Shown: piece after piece, positions 10,851 to 23,799 of the stretch
Layout: the number at the start of each line of letters is the position of its first letter
How positions within the stretch are numbered: the stretch's first letter is position 1
Source: Felis catus
Lineage: Eukaryota
DNA: 64,000 bases
Direction of reading: 5' to 3'
Assembly (NCBI RefSeq): GCF_018350175.1
Contig: NC_058372.1
Span: 151,404,001 to 151,468,000 of the forward strand
The notes under the pieces: generated by a model
Told to the model about the DNA's origin: nothing
The model's input: only the letters and a program-made list of their open reading frames with translations
The model's database searches: none
Program-made: the position numbers and the translations under genes

Positions 10851-13144
10851 GGCCAGTCTGCTTGGTTGGAGGATGAGCAGGGAACCACAGAGTCCTGAGG
10901 AGCTGTCTACTGCAGATGTCAACTAGGATGTGACTTGAAAGACAATTGGAACAGATCTGTGGATGGTCCCGGAAGGTCACACAAATGGTCAGAAGAAAGA
11001 GAACACAGCCTGTCGTCTGCTGCAGACACTGCCCCTCCCACCTGCCTCCCCTCTACTCTGCTCAGGTCCCCTCCTCTCCCACCACCTTCTCGAAGAGTGG
11101 AGGCAAAGGCTCTGTGCATTGGTCATGGTTGGCGGAGGAATGAAGTTGGTTGAGCACAGGGAAGTATTGCAGGTACTTGTCTGGAAGCTGCGGGTCTGGT
11201 CCCTATGCCAATACTTTCCCAGCAACTGCTGTGTGCAAACATGTGTAATCATCCACACTAGATCCCGCCTTATTGGTGTCTAAACCTTTCTAAACCGATA
11301 GATGGCACGCCAATCTGGTTGGCCAGTCAGCTAGGAACACACAAGGCCATCTCTGCAGCAGCAAGCCCAGTGGGGATCGTGACTAGCGTAGACAGACCCC
11401 AGCCCGGCGCTCACAGTGGTGCCGCTGGCACCGGCCTCCCTCTGTGCGGCTCACTCGCTGCAGAGCAACCGTGTGGAAGGCAGTGTCTCAAAAGTCAGCA
11501 GTGCTGATGGCTTTCAGCTGAGCCCTGAAGGAGTTTATAGAGCAAAGCAGCTGAATATTGACAGTTTTAATTTATAGTTCATGTTGTTTCGTCTAAACGT
11601 AAAATTCTAGATTTGGTAAGAAGCTTCCTGGTAACACTGCCTCTTTGCTTCAGAGGTTTGGAGCCTCGAACGCCTCACGTGCCTAATCCTGGCCGGTGTT
11701 TTTCTTCCCACCTTGCAAAGAAACGGGTACTCGAGGCACCTGGCTTACACGTGGTAAGATGGACTGAGGTGTCCTGATTCCAGACGCGGAACTCTGCTCT
11801 TTAAGGGGTTGGCAGCCTCTGCGCTTTGCTCTCCTTTGGTGGCTGGCTGACCTGAATGCAGACTCTGGGCAGCCCTTGGCTCCAAGGTCCGAGGGGTCCC
11901 GGGAGGATGAGGCAGGGCCTAGAGCCGGGCAGGGATGCGGAGAGAGGCCAGACAGAGGCGGCGGCGGAACCTGGCGGGTGAGGACGGGTCCCGGGACCTG
12001 GCACAAAGCTGCTGAGGTGTGGAGAGCCCTAGCTTTCTCCTCTTCGGAATGGCGAACAATCTCTACCACGTACTCACATGCAGGCTCCTCGAGACTGCAC
12101 GAGCACACGCCAAGGGGGGCGGTCCTCCCGTCAGCACGTCAGCCGGCGTGCTGCAAAGCCAAGGCGCAAGGCCCAGCGCTTGTCCCTCTGAACCTGTCCA
12201 GGGGCAGCTGCTGCGCAGAGGGGCACCCTCGGGCCCGACCGTGTCGTCCCCGTCCCTCAGGAGCTGCCTGTCCCTGGATCTGCCGCTTCTCTGAGCCAGG
12301 GCGCCATGGCACCTCACGGGGCCGGGTTGCAAGGCCCAGACGGGCTCGTGACGGCAGGCCCCGCGTGGATGTGCTTCACTCTCTAATCCACGTCTTCAGA
12401 AATAGTGAGATATTGGGGCTTTGTTTTTACTCCTCTGTCCTTCATCCTGTCAGGCTGGCATCCCAGACCCACGGAGCGGGCAGTGGTGGGGAGGGGGTGC
12501 AGGGCTGTGGGGGTGCGGGCATGCGGAGCTGCGGGGCAAGTGTAGCCGGCATCCCACCCACCCTGGATGGCGATGCCCGCTCCGGCTTCACATCATCTCC
12601 CGCCAGGGGTGTCGGGCTGAAGGATGGGATGGGCTACGCGGTGTGCTGGGGCTGTTTACTTGAGGGGGGGGGCTCTGCATCACAGTGAGGGGCCAGGTTC
12701 CTGCTTCCTTAGTCTGGAAGCTTCCAGCAGCTGGAGGAAGCGTGCCTGGGTGAAAGTCTCAGGACAACAGTGCCTGCCCAGATAGCCTCCCTGCCTGAGC
12801 GCCCGGACGCGGGGTCCGCCCTGCAGAGCCCAACTCCACTGCCGCGCTGCCCGGCTCCAAACACCTGCCTGTTCAGGTGAGGGTGTCCGAGTGTGCAGAC
12901 ACTCGAGTGTGGGAGGAGGCAGCCGAGACGGAGGCGGTGCCCCGCGTGTGTGTGAGTGCACGGCACATGCGTGTGATATGTGCTGTAGACATTCGTAACC
13001 GTAAGCTAATGCGGGACGCTACCTGGAGCTTACACAAAGCGCTAGGTCTGTAGAGCACTTTCCGGGCCACGATCCCAGCATCTTGATCTTTTCCTCCGGG
13101 ACTTCGTCTCGGCCACATGGCACGCTGGGCCCCAGATGTTAGCA

Positions 13145-13290
13145 GTGACACTCACTGCGAGCCTGCCCAACAGGTAAGTGCCTTTTCTCTCTTGACGCTT
13201 GGGGAAACTGAGGCCCAGAGGGCGCGCACAGCCCTCGGCCGCACGTCAGGGGCGGTGGTGCCCAGAGGGACGTGGTGGAACCCGGATGGC
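13145..13290 (-). mobile_element. MIR SINE relic
   Basis: MIR core ggggaaactgaggcccagagg. Confidence 0.55.
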
Positions 13291-14546
13291 CCCGGGTGAC
13301 CGGACGTGTCCTTGTGCCGTGTTGCGAAACGAGTGCCATCTGCAGATACGGCCCCATGGTGGCCAGGCCCGTGTGCAGAGCGTACCTGCCCGGACGAATG
13401 TTTCAGGAGGGGTCAGATTCCCCGGCTCCCAAGGACCCTCACACGGCGTCCTGCCGATGCTGCAGGTGTAGCCGGGAAGGACCTCGGCCTCCGAAACAGA
13501 TCCGTCACTGAAAAGACAGCTTAGATGAGATGCATTTCCCAGGTAACCGAGGACACTCACATCCAGCATCGCAGGAACCAGCAGGGCCGACCCCTGTCTT
13601 TCACAGGAAAGAATTTTTCTAAAAAGAAAACACATCTGTTTACATTCCAGGCCAATTACAGTTCATTACTCGGACAAAAATGCTGTAAGGCTGTTAATGG
13701 GGCTTAATGAATGAAAAAGACTGAGTTTCACAAAACTTATATTTTGCACTAGAGGTTTGCCTCAATCTGCACCTTTTGTGGAGGCCTGATTGAGACAGAA
13801 AGCTGATCTCGTAGAAACTGAGATCAATACGGTTTTGTCACGTTTCTTTTTCAGCTGGTTGTTACACGCCACTGTGCGTTTACAGAACAGGGGTGAGGTG
13901 AGCAGAGCAGTCACAGCGACAGGAAGGTCAGGCCTCCCCCTGCAGTCCCCCTGCTCTCCTTGCCTGCAGGAGGGAGAGGCCTGGGCGGGCGGTGGTGGTG
14001 GGGTGGCCACAGAGGAGGGGGCCACGCGGGGTCAGGTCCTCAAGGTCGACTCATCCGGCTCCGAGGAGCCCGCAACGCAGACCGGACAGCCAGGCACACG
14101 GACACGCTCGCCTGGCGGGACCTCCTCTGCTCTGCCGGCTCTGGAAGCTTCTAGACGCTGAGGTCAGGGAGAGGGAGCGCCCAGCTCTTCTGAGAATCAG
14201 GCCCTCTCAGGACACTATCGTCAGCAGCCCCGAGGACTGGGAATTGGGTGATGTTTTCAAAGGAACTATTTTAAGCTTAGGGGAAACAAGGCCTGGGGTG
14301 CCCTTGCGAAATGAGGGAGGCTGTCAGAGGTGGGGCTTCGATGGCTCCAGGGGCTGAGCCCAGTTTCCAGGGCGGGCGGGAGACCCAGCTCCTCCAGCCC
14401 CGCCCAGGCCCTCCCCGACCCTGGCGACTGCTCGACTGCTCGGAACGGCCGCTTCCTGCCAGACAGCTGCCCTCCGCTCTCCCGCCCGCTCAGGGCCCAT
14501 CACACGCCGTCCTCTCTCCAAGGTCCCAGGTCGTGGTGTTCTGCTG

Positions 14547-14705
14547 GGCACACGTGCATGTTCACGTGCACACACACACGTGCACACGCGAGCACACACT
14601 GTCGCAATGCTTGCCCATACACTCGTACACCCACCTGCCCACATACACACGTGTGCAGACACACAGGTGCACACTCACACACCCGTGTGCACACACACCA
14701 CCACC
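14547..14705. repeat. CA/CACG-rich low-complexity repeat
   Basis: cacacgtgcatg...cacacacc. Confidence 0.8.
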
Positions 14706-16514
14706 ACCAGGCTCTCGTTACAGGTCCTGAAGGACGGGCAGCTCCTGGACCCCACGAGGACGACCTCCCAGCCAAGCGCCCGTGTCCTCTCCCGTATCCT
14801 CTCCCACCAGAGCTGCCCTTCCAGGGCCTGCTCCCTTTCCCCTCAGGGGATGGTGCCCCGGGACCTGTGCACCGCAGTGGGGGGGGCAGCTGACCTCCCA
14901 TGACTCCTTCTCTAAAGGGGACGCTGGCCAGGAAACAAACCGGGTAGCAGTGAGGCCTCCAGGCCGCCGGGGCTGCAGCTGGGGCTCAATCTGCTCGGCA
15001 CCTGCTGGGCCCCTCCACCCCCTCGCGGGGCCCATCCCTGCCAGGGCAGCCCCCGCCCCATCCGTCACCCCCCTGCGGCCAGGAGGCAGAGGCCCAAGGC
15101 AGGCCTCCTCCCTCAGATGCCTGCACTCCAGGCCACCTCTTGATGCTTAATTTTCTGGAACTTGCCACCTTGTTTTCTTGCTTGTTCTGTGATGTGGCAA
15201 CAGCCCGGCGGCCCGGACAGCGGGTAAATATTTACATGAGTTGGCCTGATGGCGCTCGCCTCTGTGCAGCTGGCGGGGAGGAGGCCGGCAGCCAGCCCCG
15301 CGTAGACCCTCTTCCGGCGGAATCGGGCCCGGCTGGGGCGGCCGCAGAGTCAGGGCTTGGAAGACCAGGCGGCAGGGGTGGGGCGGAGCGGGATGGAGGG
15401 GAGGGGGGGTCTGCGGCTACCCCCGAGACAGGGCCCTTAGACTGCAGGCTTTTCCCCGAACAACACCAAGGCCTGTCTCCCCGCAGCCCCGAGGTCCCCG
15501 AGAGGCCCTGTGGGCCTGAGCGTCCCCTGCCAGCACTTTGCTGTCCCGCATCCATCGTCATTCCCGCTTCGGAACATTCTTTGGTTCTCACATTAGTAAT
15601 GTCACATTCTCCCCGGGAGCTGCACTCGGAGACACCTCAGAAAGGCCCGCGTTCTAGTCTGCCAGGGGCCTGTGTGCTGTTCCCTGCCCCGCCCAGTGCT
15701 TTACTCCCTGCTGCAGAGCGGGGCCTCTGGGCCCTGGGTTGTGCTGAGGTAGCTCCAGGGAGGGCCCTCTGCCGTCGGCCTGTGAACCCGCATTTACCGG
15801 GGCATGTGGGACAGGCGTGTGCACGGGGCCCCGTGCATTGAGTGGAAAGCCGGTGACTGTCATCTGTGAGGGTGGTGGTCGCCCTGTCACTGGGACATCT
15901 GGAGGAAGGCCTCGAGGACACTGGAGGCCACCTGAGGCCCCACCGGGCAAGGGAGGAGGACAGTCTCCCCCAGGCTGGACGTTGACCAATGGCCCAGGTC
16001 TGTGGCTCTCCGTCCAGGTGTGCCTGGCCACCCAGACCCAAGGGGATTGCTCATGGCGTCCGGAGCTTGAAAGAGAGCAAGTATTTGGGGAAAGCAGAAG
16101 AAGCCCATCAGGCTGACAGCTGCTGCTTGTGTGCAGAAGGAAGCAGGCTCAGGACCAGAAACGTGGGGACCCAGGTGGGCGAGGGGACACCATCGCTGAG
16201 GCCTCCACCCACCTCTCCCAGAGAGTGCAAGTGTCAGGGAGGAAGAAGCCGGAGGGAAGGGACAGCCTGTCTCCCAGGCGTGACCACGTGGCCAGCAAGG
16301 ACCCAGAATATTTTGGGATCTGGCCTTCTCCTGCAGTAAGTCAGGTAGGGCCCCACAAGCACTAACTTCCACTCGGAGAAATAAGGTAGGACAGGGGTAT
16401 GGCCGGGCCCAGGAGGGGCTGCAGCTCCTCGCCAAGCTGTTTCCAGGGCCCCTGACTGTTAGGTTGTGAGTTTTTCTCTCCCCTTGCCTTCCTAACTCAG
16501 AACAAGTACCCAGG

Positions 16515-16985
16515 AAAAAAAGAAAGGGAGGGAGGAGGAGGAGGGAGGGAGGAAGGGGGGGAGGAAGGAGGAGGAGAAAGGGAAGAAAGAAGNNNNNNNN
16601 NNNNNNNNNNNNNNNNNNNNNNNNNNNNNNNNNNNNNNNNNNNNNNNNNNNNNNNNNNNNNNNNNNNNNNNNNNNNNNNNNNNNNNNNNNNNNNNNNNNN
16701 NNNNNNNNNNNNNNNNNNNNNNGAAGGGAGTGAGGGAGGGTGATGGGGAGGGAGGAAGAGGGGGGAGGGAGGAAGAAGGGAGGAAGGAGGAGGATGGGGA
16801 GGGAGGAGGAGGAGAAAGGGAAGAGAGAGGGGGAGGAGGTAGGAGGGGGAGGAGGAGGGAGAAGGAGGGGGATGAAAGAGGAGGGAGGAGGAAGGAAGAG
16901 TGAGGAGGGAGGAGGGAGGAGGAGGGAGGAGGAGGGAGGAAGAGGGAGGAGGACGGAGGGGGAGGGAGGGGAGGGAGGGAGGAGG
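16515..16985. repeat. (GGA)n/GA-rich polypurine tract spanning an assembly gap
   Basis: Nearly pure purine on both sides of the N run. Confidence 0.9.
16593..16722. other. Assembly gap (130 N)
   Basis: Run of n. Confidence 1.
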
Positions 16986-18699
16986 CAGAGTTCACGCCCT
17001 GTCCTTTCGGGTCTGGCCCTGTGCTCTGGCTGCCATGTTCTGGAAGTGGCTGCCCTCCAGGTCTGCCCAACCCCCGCTTCTTCCCTGTTGTCCCTCCTCC
17101 TGGATCTGCACCTGTGGAAAGGAGCCCCTCTTCTCAGGTATCGGGGACATCTGCCTTCCAAGAGCCAGTGTGGCCCGCGTGCATGGCTCCTGGCCTTCCA
17201 GATGGTCTGGCGCTGTGCCGTGTGGCGGCCATGTGACTGGAGCAGCACTTACTGGTCTAAGTGGATGGTCACCCCCTAAACGTGTAATCGAACGAGTGAG
17301 TGTATTAATCTCAGGCAACTCTAACCCTTACCAAGGTCTTGCTTCCACTTGGCTCTTCAGGCCCGCTGGGGCTCCCTGTCCTCTCTGGAGCCTGGCAGCG
17401 TGCAGAGAGGACAGTCCACCGCCTGATGTGGCTGTTGGGTCCCACCTGGTGGTCGCCCATGCCGCCGGCTCTGCACCAGCGTCCCTGGTCTGGGGTCAGA
17501 GGCACAAAGCTCAAAGCCTCCCAGGCCCTGAGAGGCACTTCACGCTGGAAAGCGTGGGCACTTGGGTCGGGAGCACCGATGGCACGCACTTGACCATTGC
17601 GGGGCATGACCCGAGCCCTGGACGATGGAGGACAACGCGTGCGCTCCAATCGTCCGGCAACCACCTTCCCAGTGATCGGAGAGAAGCACTCGCTGGGCTT
17701 TCGAGCCGATCAGGGAGAGATGTTCCCAAAGCTTGCCCAGCTGTGTTGCTGACTGCACACGTGGGTTCCTCGACAGAGAATGCTAGGGGTGTGGAGATAA
17801 GATCCCATCACCCCGGTGAGATGACCGGCTTCCAGAAGGTTCCAGAGAGCTATGGTGCCCTCCTAGTGCTGGGCCCTGGATCCCACAGACAGCACTGCAT
17901 GCGGAGGTTCGCACCCCTCTCTGGGTGGTGGGAAGGGAGGAGGGGAGACGCCGAGTCTGGAGGTGACCCTGTCCCCTGCCCGTGGTGCTCGTGGCTGGCA
18001 GCCTGTGAAAGAGGTGTTTCCGTGGCTCAGGCCGTGGCCGACCGGGCTGCTGGTGCACGTGTCCAACCGTGGGATGCCACTTTGGACTTGGGTGATGGGC
18101 AGGGGTGGCCACAGACATCGGCAGTGGTTCCGGTGGGGACGTAGGGGGAGGAGGCGGCTGGAGAGAGAGCCTCTGTCATCCTAGAGAGCTCGCCTGGGCC
18201 CCGACCCAGAGACTGACGGGAGAGTGAGGCCGCCCTGGGGAAACGGGAGACCCCAAGGCCCTGCCCCGCTAGGGTCTCAAGCCCGAAAGTGACAAAGGCT
18301 AAGGCAGAAAACAAACCCCAGCAGAGTTCTGGCTCCCCGGGGGGTGAATCACACATGCACACACGCACACACACGCACACCGAGTGGGGCCCGGCCGCAG
18401 CCCTGCTCACACACCAGCCCTGTGGCCGGTGTGGCTAGAGGGCGGCTGTGGGACATCCAGAGGCTCGTTGGCCACGCGGTACCCTGCTCTGGGGGGACAG
18501 GACGGCACAGGGACACCCTGGCCTGCCCCCAGCAACCCCAGTGTGTCAGGCGGGCTCCGCCTTTACCCCACCAGGGAGGCATCGGGGTTCCGGGCGGCCT
18601 CTGCGGGAGCACCTCACTGAGGAAGGCTCCTGGCCCCGCTGGCTGATCCCTTGTTTCCACGTGCGGAGTCGTCATTCCAGTATCTTGTCTCCTGGGACT

Positions 18700-19420
18700 T
18701 AGTACAAAATCTATATATTCTCAGTGCTCTTAAGTAGTAGGTAATTTCTGTACACTTATTACCTATTGTATCATTAAGTTCACTTAAACATGACCCTTAA
18801 GAGTGTTCCTACGAGTTCCTCGTTTAGCAAGCGACATAGAGTTTCCATGGCTTTCAATTAATGTGACAGAAACTCATGCGCCGTCAATAAATTTTAAGTG
18901 AATTGTGCTGTGTTGAATTCAGGGGCTGGATGTATATTAAAATCTGGAATCGTTTTCATGTAATATGCCCTCAAATTACTGTTATGATCCGAAGTTAGGG
19001 CTTTTTTTCACTTAAAGCTTTTAAAAGCCCAGCAGACCTGCTTCTCTGTGGATATTTGGCCCCGCAAGTGACACACGGGGTCTGGAGACACTACTCTTCT
19101 TTGCAAACAACGTGCTGACGGTGTGAGAATGAGAAAGGAAAAGCGAAGCTGACAACAAATCTTACTGTATTTTCCTTTTCTTTTATCGCTTTCGAGGGAA
19201 AACGGGCCTCTGCTGTGTTTCTTGTACAGAGATTTTGGTGAACAAATGCCACCTGTGATCATCCTTTGGCTCATTTGCAGAATCGCTACACTTTTTAGAA
19301 ATGTTTGCCAGTTTTCCTTACGCTTCCTGAATAAGCACCATTGATTTTCATTAAATAATACATGACTATCATAGAAATTCCTTGAAATTGAAAAAAGGCG
19401 AAGATAACTCTGGGGCCATG
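18700..19420. promoter_or_regulatory. AT-rich non-repetitive island, candidate conserved enhancer
   Basis: Sharp AT shift against a GC-rich background. Motifs: CAATTA 18855, TGACAG 18864, CAATAAA 18885, E-box CACCTG, ATTTGCA, CATTGATTTTCATTAAAT. Confidence 0.4.
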
Positions 19421-19494
19421 GTGGCCCCATGCACAAAGAACTCGGGAGTGATGGAGCCACATACACTTATCAGATCCCCAAGAACCTCTGCACT

Positions 19495-19647
19495 CAGGGG
19501 TTCTCAAACTGGCCCCTTTGAAAAGGAAAACAGTATTTTAAAAAAATTATGTGTAAGTAGAGATTGCAACAGTCCTCTTTCTCTCTTTGAAGCACCTTGA
19601 CCCCCTTAGCGCATGTAAGGCACGTCCCTCCCCTTCCTGAACTCCTG
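19495..19647. mobile_element. hAT-Charlie-type non-autonomous DNA transposon relic
   Basis: Begins caggggttctcaaact (hAT TIR-like) and ends with an imperfect inverse, ttcctgaactcctg. Confidence 0.45.
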
Positions 19648-21949
19648 GGGATTTACAAACACCTCCACGGAACAGTTTTCCTTTCGAGTAGAGCGTAAAC
19701 CAAACATTGAGATGTGGGCACCGTGCGTGCGTGCAAGGTGAGGGACATAGCTGGGGTGCTGCTCAGGGCTCTTGAGTTCCCTGCTGTCGCCCTCTGGCCC
19801 TCCCTCCTGCCCCAGGACATTGGAATCTCAGGCAGCTCTAGCACCTTCTCTCCCACCAGCTTGATGTCGCCTTTCAGCTCTCCAGGGTCAAATCTCTTTG
19901 ACCTTGGACCTGCCAAGGGAGCCGAGGGTGAGAGTCGAGGATGCCACCACGCCTTCCCCCAGGTCCCAAGGGGGCCTCGGCAGGCTGCTTCTTCACACCC
20001 ACACCATGCCCTTCTTAGCCCAGTCGGTTTGGTGAGTCCGCTTGTTACCCCATCTGCCAAAGTTTTTCAACATCCTAATTTTCCAGCAAATGAGACACTA
20101 TGAAAAGGCTTGTTTATCTTAGCTAAATATCTCAATTAAAACATTCCATTCCAAAAACATGACCCGGGGTTTGGCACTTTCGTGGTTGCATGAAACAGCT
20201 GGTCCCCTCCTCAATAGCCACCAAGAAGCGGCTTCCTGCCACTTTGTCACTGTCAGGGGGAGGGGTGACAAATGAACCCAAGCTGTCCCCACATGCACTG
20301 GAAGCCAGCGCCTCTCCCCTAGAGGAGCAGCCACGGCCTGTCAGGTGTTCCGGGAACTGGTCGAGCAGGGCTCTGGATGGACGAGCCTCAGGCCCCCCGG
20401 GGCCCTCCAGGGGCTCACGCCGCCAAGGCCCCGTCCCTGGGGCGGCAGGCATGCGCGTGTCCTTCCTGTGAGTCACGGCCCCAAAGGGGGAGATGTGCAG
20501 CTCAGCCAGTGCCTGTGCAACGTGTGGAAGAAAAACTCCGCACGTCTGTCTCGAAGCTCTTGCAGAGGACGTAAAAGTTAGGGTCAGATGCCCCAGAGGC
20601 ACGAGGACACACAAGACAGGGTCCCTGCCCCAGGGGGCGGCTGTCCCCAGGGGAGCCCACAGCGTGGCAAGCGCTGTGATATGGGGTCTGCAGCCGTGAG
20701 GTGGCCAAGGAGGGGAAGGTCTTGGGCTTTGTCTCAGGCACAAAGGGAGGCATCCTGCACTTCTAATCTCTCTGGCCTGGGGGTTGTCGGGGGTGAGGGC
20801 GGCCTTGGCTTAGCTTGTGGCGGAGGATGTCGGGCAGAGGGCACGTGAGGGGCAATCAAGGAGGGGGCAGGCAGCTGGCGTCCTGCAGAGACATGAGGGG
20901 CGAGGGAAAAGAGGTGCCAGCGGGGGCCTGAGGGTCTGTTGTGGGCAACCGGGTGGACGGCTGTGCTGACCCTGAGGCGGGGAGCCAGACGCGGAGCTCC
21001 AGACAGGTTGGGCCGACACCCTGGAATGTTCCTGAGTTTCCAACAGGTGCAGCCCCGGGAGGTGGATGTGGCTCACAGCGCTGATGAGGGTAAAGACACC
21101 CAAAAGGAGGAGAGGGGGTCTTGAGCCGGGACCCCAGGGGGTGGGGGGTAACAGAAAGGGAGCCCCAAAGTCTGAGGGGAGAGAAAGCAGGAGAGGGGGC
21201 CCTCCGTGGGGGAGTGGCCGTCGGGATCACACCCCCTGAAGACGCCAGGCACAGGAGAGGGACCAAACGTCAAATGGCTCCTGGACGGTCACGGCTCCAG
21301 GAGCCGGCTGTGAAGGGCAGCCGTCCGTGGGTGACCACTGGCCCGGATGCGGGACCCGAGGGCGGTTTGCGTGTGGGCCGTGTGGTAACGGCGGGCTCGG
21401 GGGCCGGGCTCGTGCTGAACCCCGGGACACCCAGCTCACCACTCAGCGTGAGGGGTCTGGGGTCTCGGGTTCTTCAGCTCTATGCTGGGGCTGGGGGCTC
21501 CTGTCCACATCCAACTGGGTATTGTTTACACAGAAGTGGACATTTCTGGAAACGTGGGTGCAGATCACCCCAATTAAGCCAGATCTTAATTCTTCAGTGA
21601 GTTTTCTCAAAGACTTAGGGCATATTCTCTACGCCAGATGCTCTGCCCCCGTGAAGCACCCTGGGGACCCAGGCTCAGGGTCGGGGAGGAGGCCCAGGGA
21701 GGCTCAGGCAACTTCAGGTCCAGAAAAGCCCCGCAGGCCATTCACACGAACTCAGAGTTGGGCCAGGAAGAAACACGTCAGTTCGTGTTTTGTGGATTTG
21801 GTCTTTCACGAACCAGGTTCACATTTAAAAGGCACCAAGACTTTGCTTCCAATTGCTCCCTTTTCGCTGGGATTGCGTGTACGTCTTTCACTTTCCAACT
21901 GACATGCAAACTGTTTCAAATGATGTCAGACATGCCTTTTCTCCCCTAC

Positions 21950-22380
21950 TTTTTATTTTGAACTCGCTCAGTCTTACAGAAGGGTCTTGGTGCTGACACA
22001 GTTTTCCCTGCAGCCCACACACAGCCTCCTTATGGGGTTTGCATCTTACCCGGCAACCCGCAGGGTCAGGAACTTACGACATATCCCGCCCTGCCCTGCA
22101 GACCCGCATTCACCCTGAGTGTGGCCTCCTGCAGTCGGGGATGTGACAGCCTCTTTGCTTCCCTTGCCTTTCTCCAGCTTGACCCTCTGGAAGAGTGAAA
22201 ATCACTTATTTTGTCCCCCTGCCCCTGATATGCCCGTCTGATGCTTTCTCACCGTCGGAAGGAGAAGACACAGAAACGTGTCGTCCCTGCCCACACGTCC
22301 CGGGCTCATAGCATCCACGTGGCTTGTCACTGGTGATTCTGACCTCGGTTTCCCGGTGGAGGTCGTTTCTCCACCGTGTG
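21950..22380 (-). mobile_element. L1MC-type LINE-1 3' end, antisense
   Basis: tttattttgaactcgctcagtcttacagaa ... gtctgatgctttctca ... gcttgtcactggtgattctgacct ... gtttctccaccgt follow the L1MC 3' UTR pattern. Confidence 0.65.
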
Positions 22381-23079
22381 GCTGCAGACCGGCTCCGCAA
22401 AGTGATCTTAGCTAGCTGCCCGTCACACATATCCCTACTCAGAATGTGACAGCTCGAGTTGGACATCTTCCCCCAAATGAAAACGGCCCACCCCGTCACC
22501 CTGCAGGTAGATGGTTTCCTCAGAAAACTATGATTTAGTGAGATCGGGTGGGTGGTGGCCACACATCTCGCAGACGTGCTTCTGGTCTTTACCGGACAAG
22601 GCTCCTGTGAACATATAGGTTAAGTTCAAACAGAGATCGGTCTCTCTTTGGACAGGGTTCCAGAGAACGGGGCCGGGGCAGGGCACCGCGAGGGCACAGT
22701 GTCAGTGCTGGGACAAGAGCGAGGCGGCAGGTGCCGGGAGGAAAGGGCTCACCACCCCTGCAGACGGTCCATCACAGGTGTGCAGCCCAGCGGCGTGAGG
22801 CCCTTCGTGAGGAGGCTGCTTACGGGCCGGGTTCCTTCCTCAACTGAGGAGCCAGCTTAGACCCTGCTCGCTCACCATCAGTGACACGTAGGACAGATGG
22901 AGATGCCTTTAGATTCGGTAGGACCGACATGAGATGTGGGAAACAGCGGTCCTATTAGCAGAGACACTGGGGTCCTCGGCCACGGGGCAGCGTGCCACCG
23001 GGATCCCAGGCCCTGCCGCGCGTGTACGAACCACACCTGCCCTTCGACGAGATCTGCGAAGTGGGGGGCTGCTCTCCAC

Positions 23080-23253
23080 CTGGGGTTGGCCACCCTTTCA
23101 GGCTCTGTGGGCCACGTGGCTCAGCTCTGCTCCTGCCACGTGGGAGCGACCGTGGACAGTAAGTAGAGGAGTGAGTGTGGCTATGTTCCAGGAAAACCGT
23201 ATTTGCCAACAGGTGGCCCTCGGGGTCGGCCACGGCCAGAGTAGCCGGCCCTG
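23080..23253 (-). mobile_element. MER58A-like hAT MITE
   Basis: ctggggttggc...caggctctgtgggcca...gtgtggctatgttccaggaaaaccgtattt...gccggccctg. Confidence 0.7.
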
Positions 23254-23799
23254 CTCTCGATGGGTCACCGTCCAGAAGCAGCTCCGTTCCACCTGCAGAG
23301 CGGAGGGAAAGGGAAGTGTGGCAGAGGGCAGTGTTGAATGGCACGGAAAAATGTGATTAGAGTATAACTGAACCCGGTGACGGCAGCCAGCACCGCCATG
23401 CGGGGGTCTGCGACGTTGGTGCCCCTTCCTCCCCGCCCCCGCCCCGCCTTCTCTCACGTGGTCCTCGCCGCGACCTCAGGGATGCGCCGTATTGTTTCCT
23501 TTTCTTCTTCAGACAAAAGTGGGGCTTGAAAAAGTTTAATTACTTACTCAAATCCACGTTTGTTTTAATAAGCGGAACTGGGATTTAAACCAAAACCCTC
23601 TTCATCGTGTGTGAATTTTAGACTCCACTTGGTACAACTAAAAATCTTAGAGTTTCTACCAAAGAAGAAAACTTACTTGAACTCTACGAAAGGCTTGGTT
23701 CAGTTCTGTATAATTCACTGCGTGCGAGGCGGTATCTCGGTGGGGGAATGGTAATGGGTGAAGCCCCTCGACCACCCTCAGAGAACCATGCTGCCCTAG

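Noticed and set aside
15887-18144. Longest ORFs (453 aa minus, 414 aa plus)
   Set aside because: They run through the GGA tract and/or the N gap, have low-complexity or G/P/R-biased composition, and show no domain or splice support.
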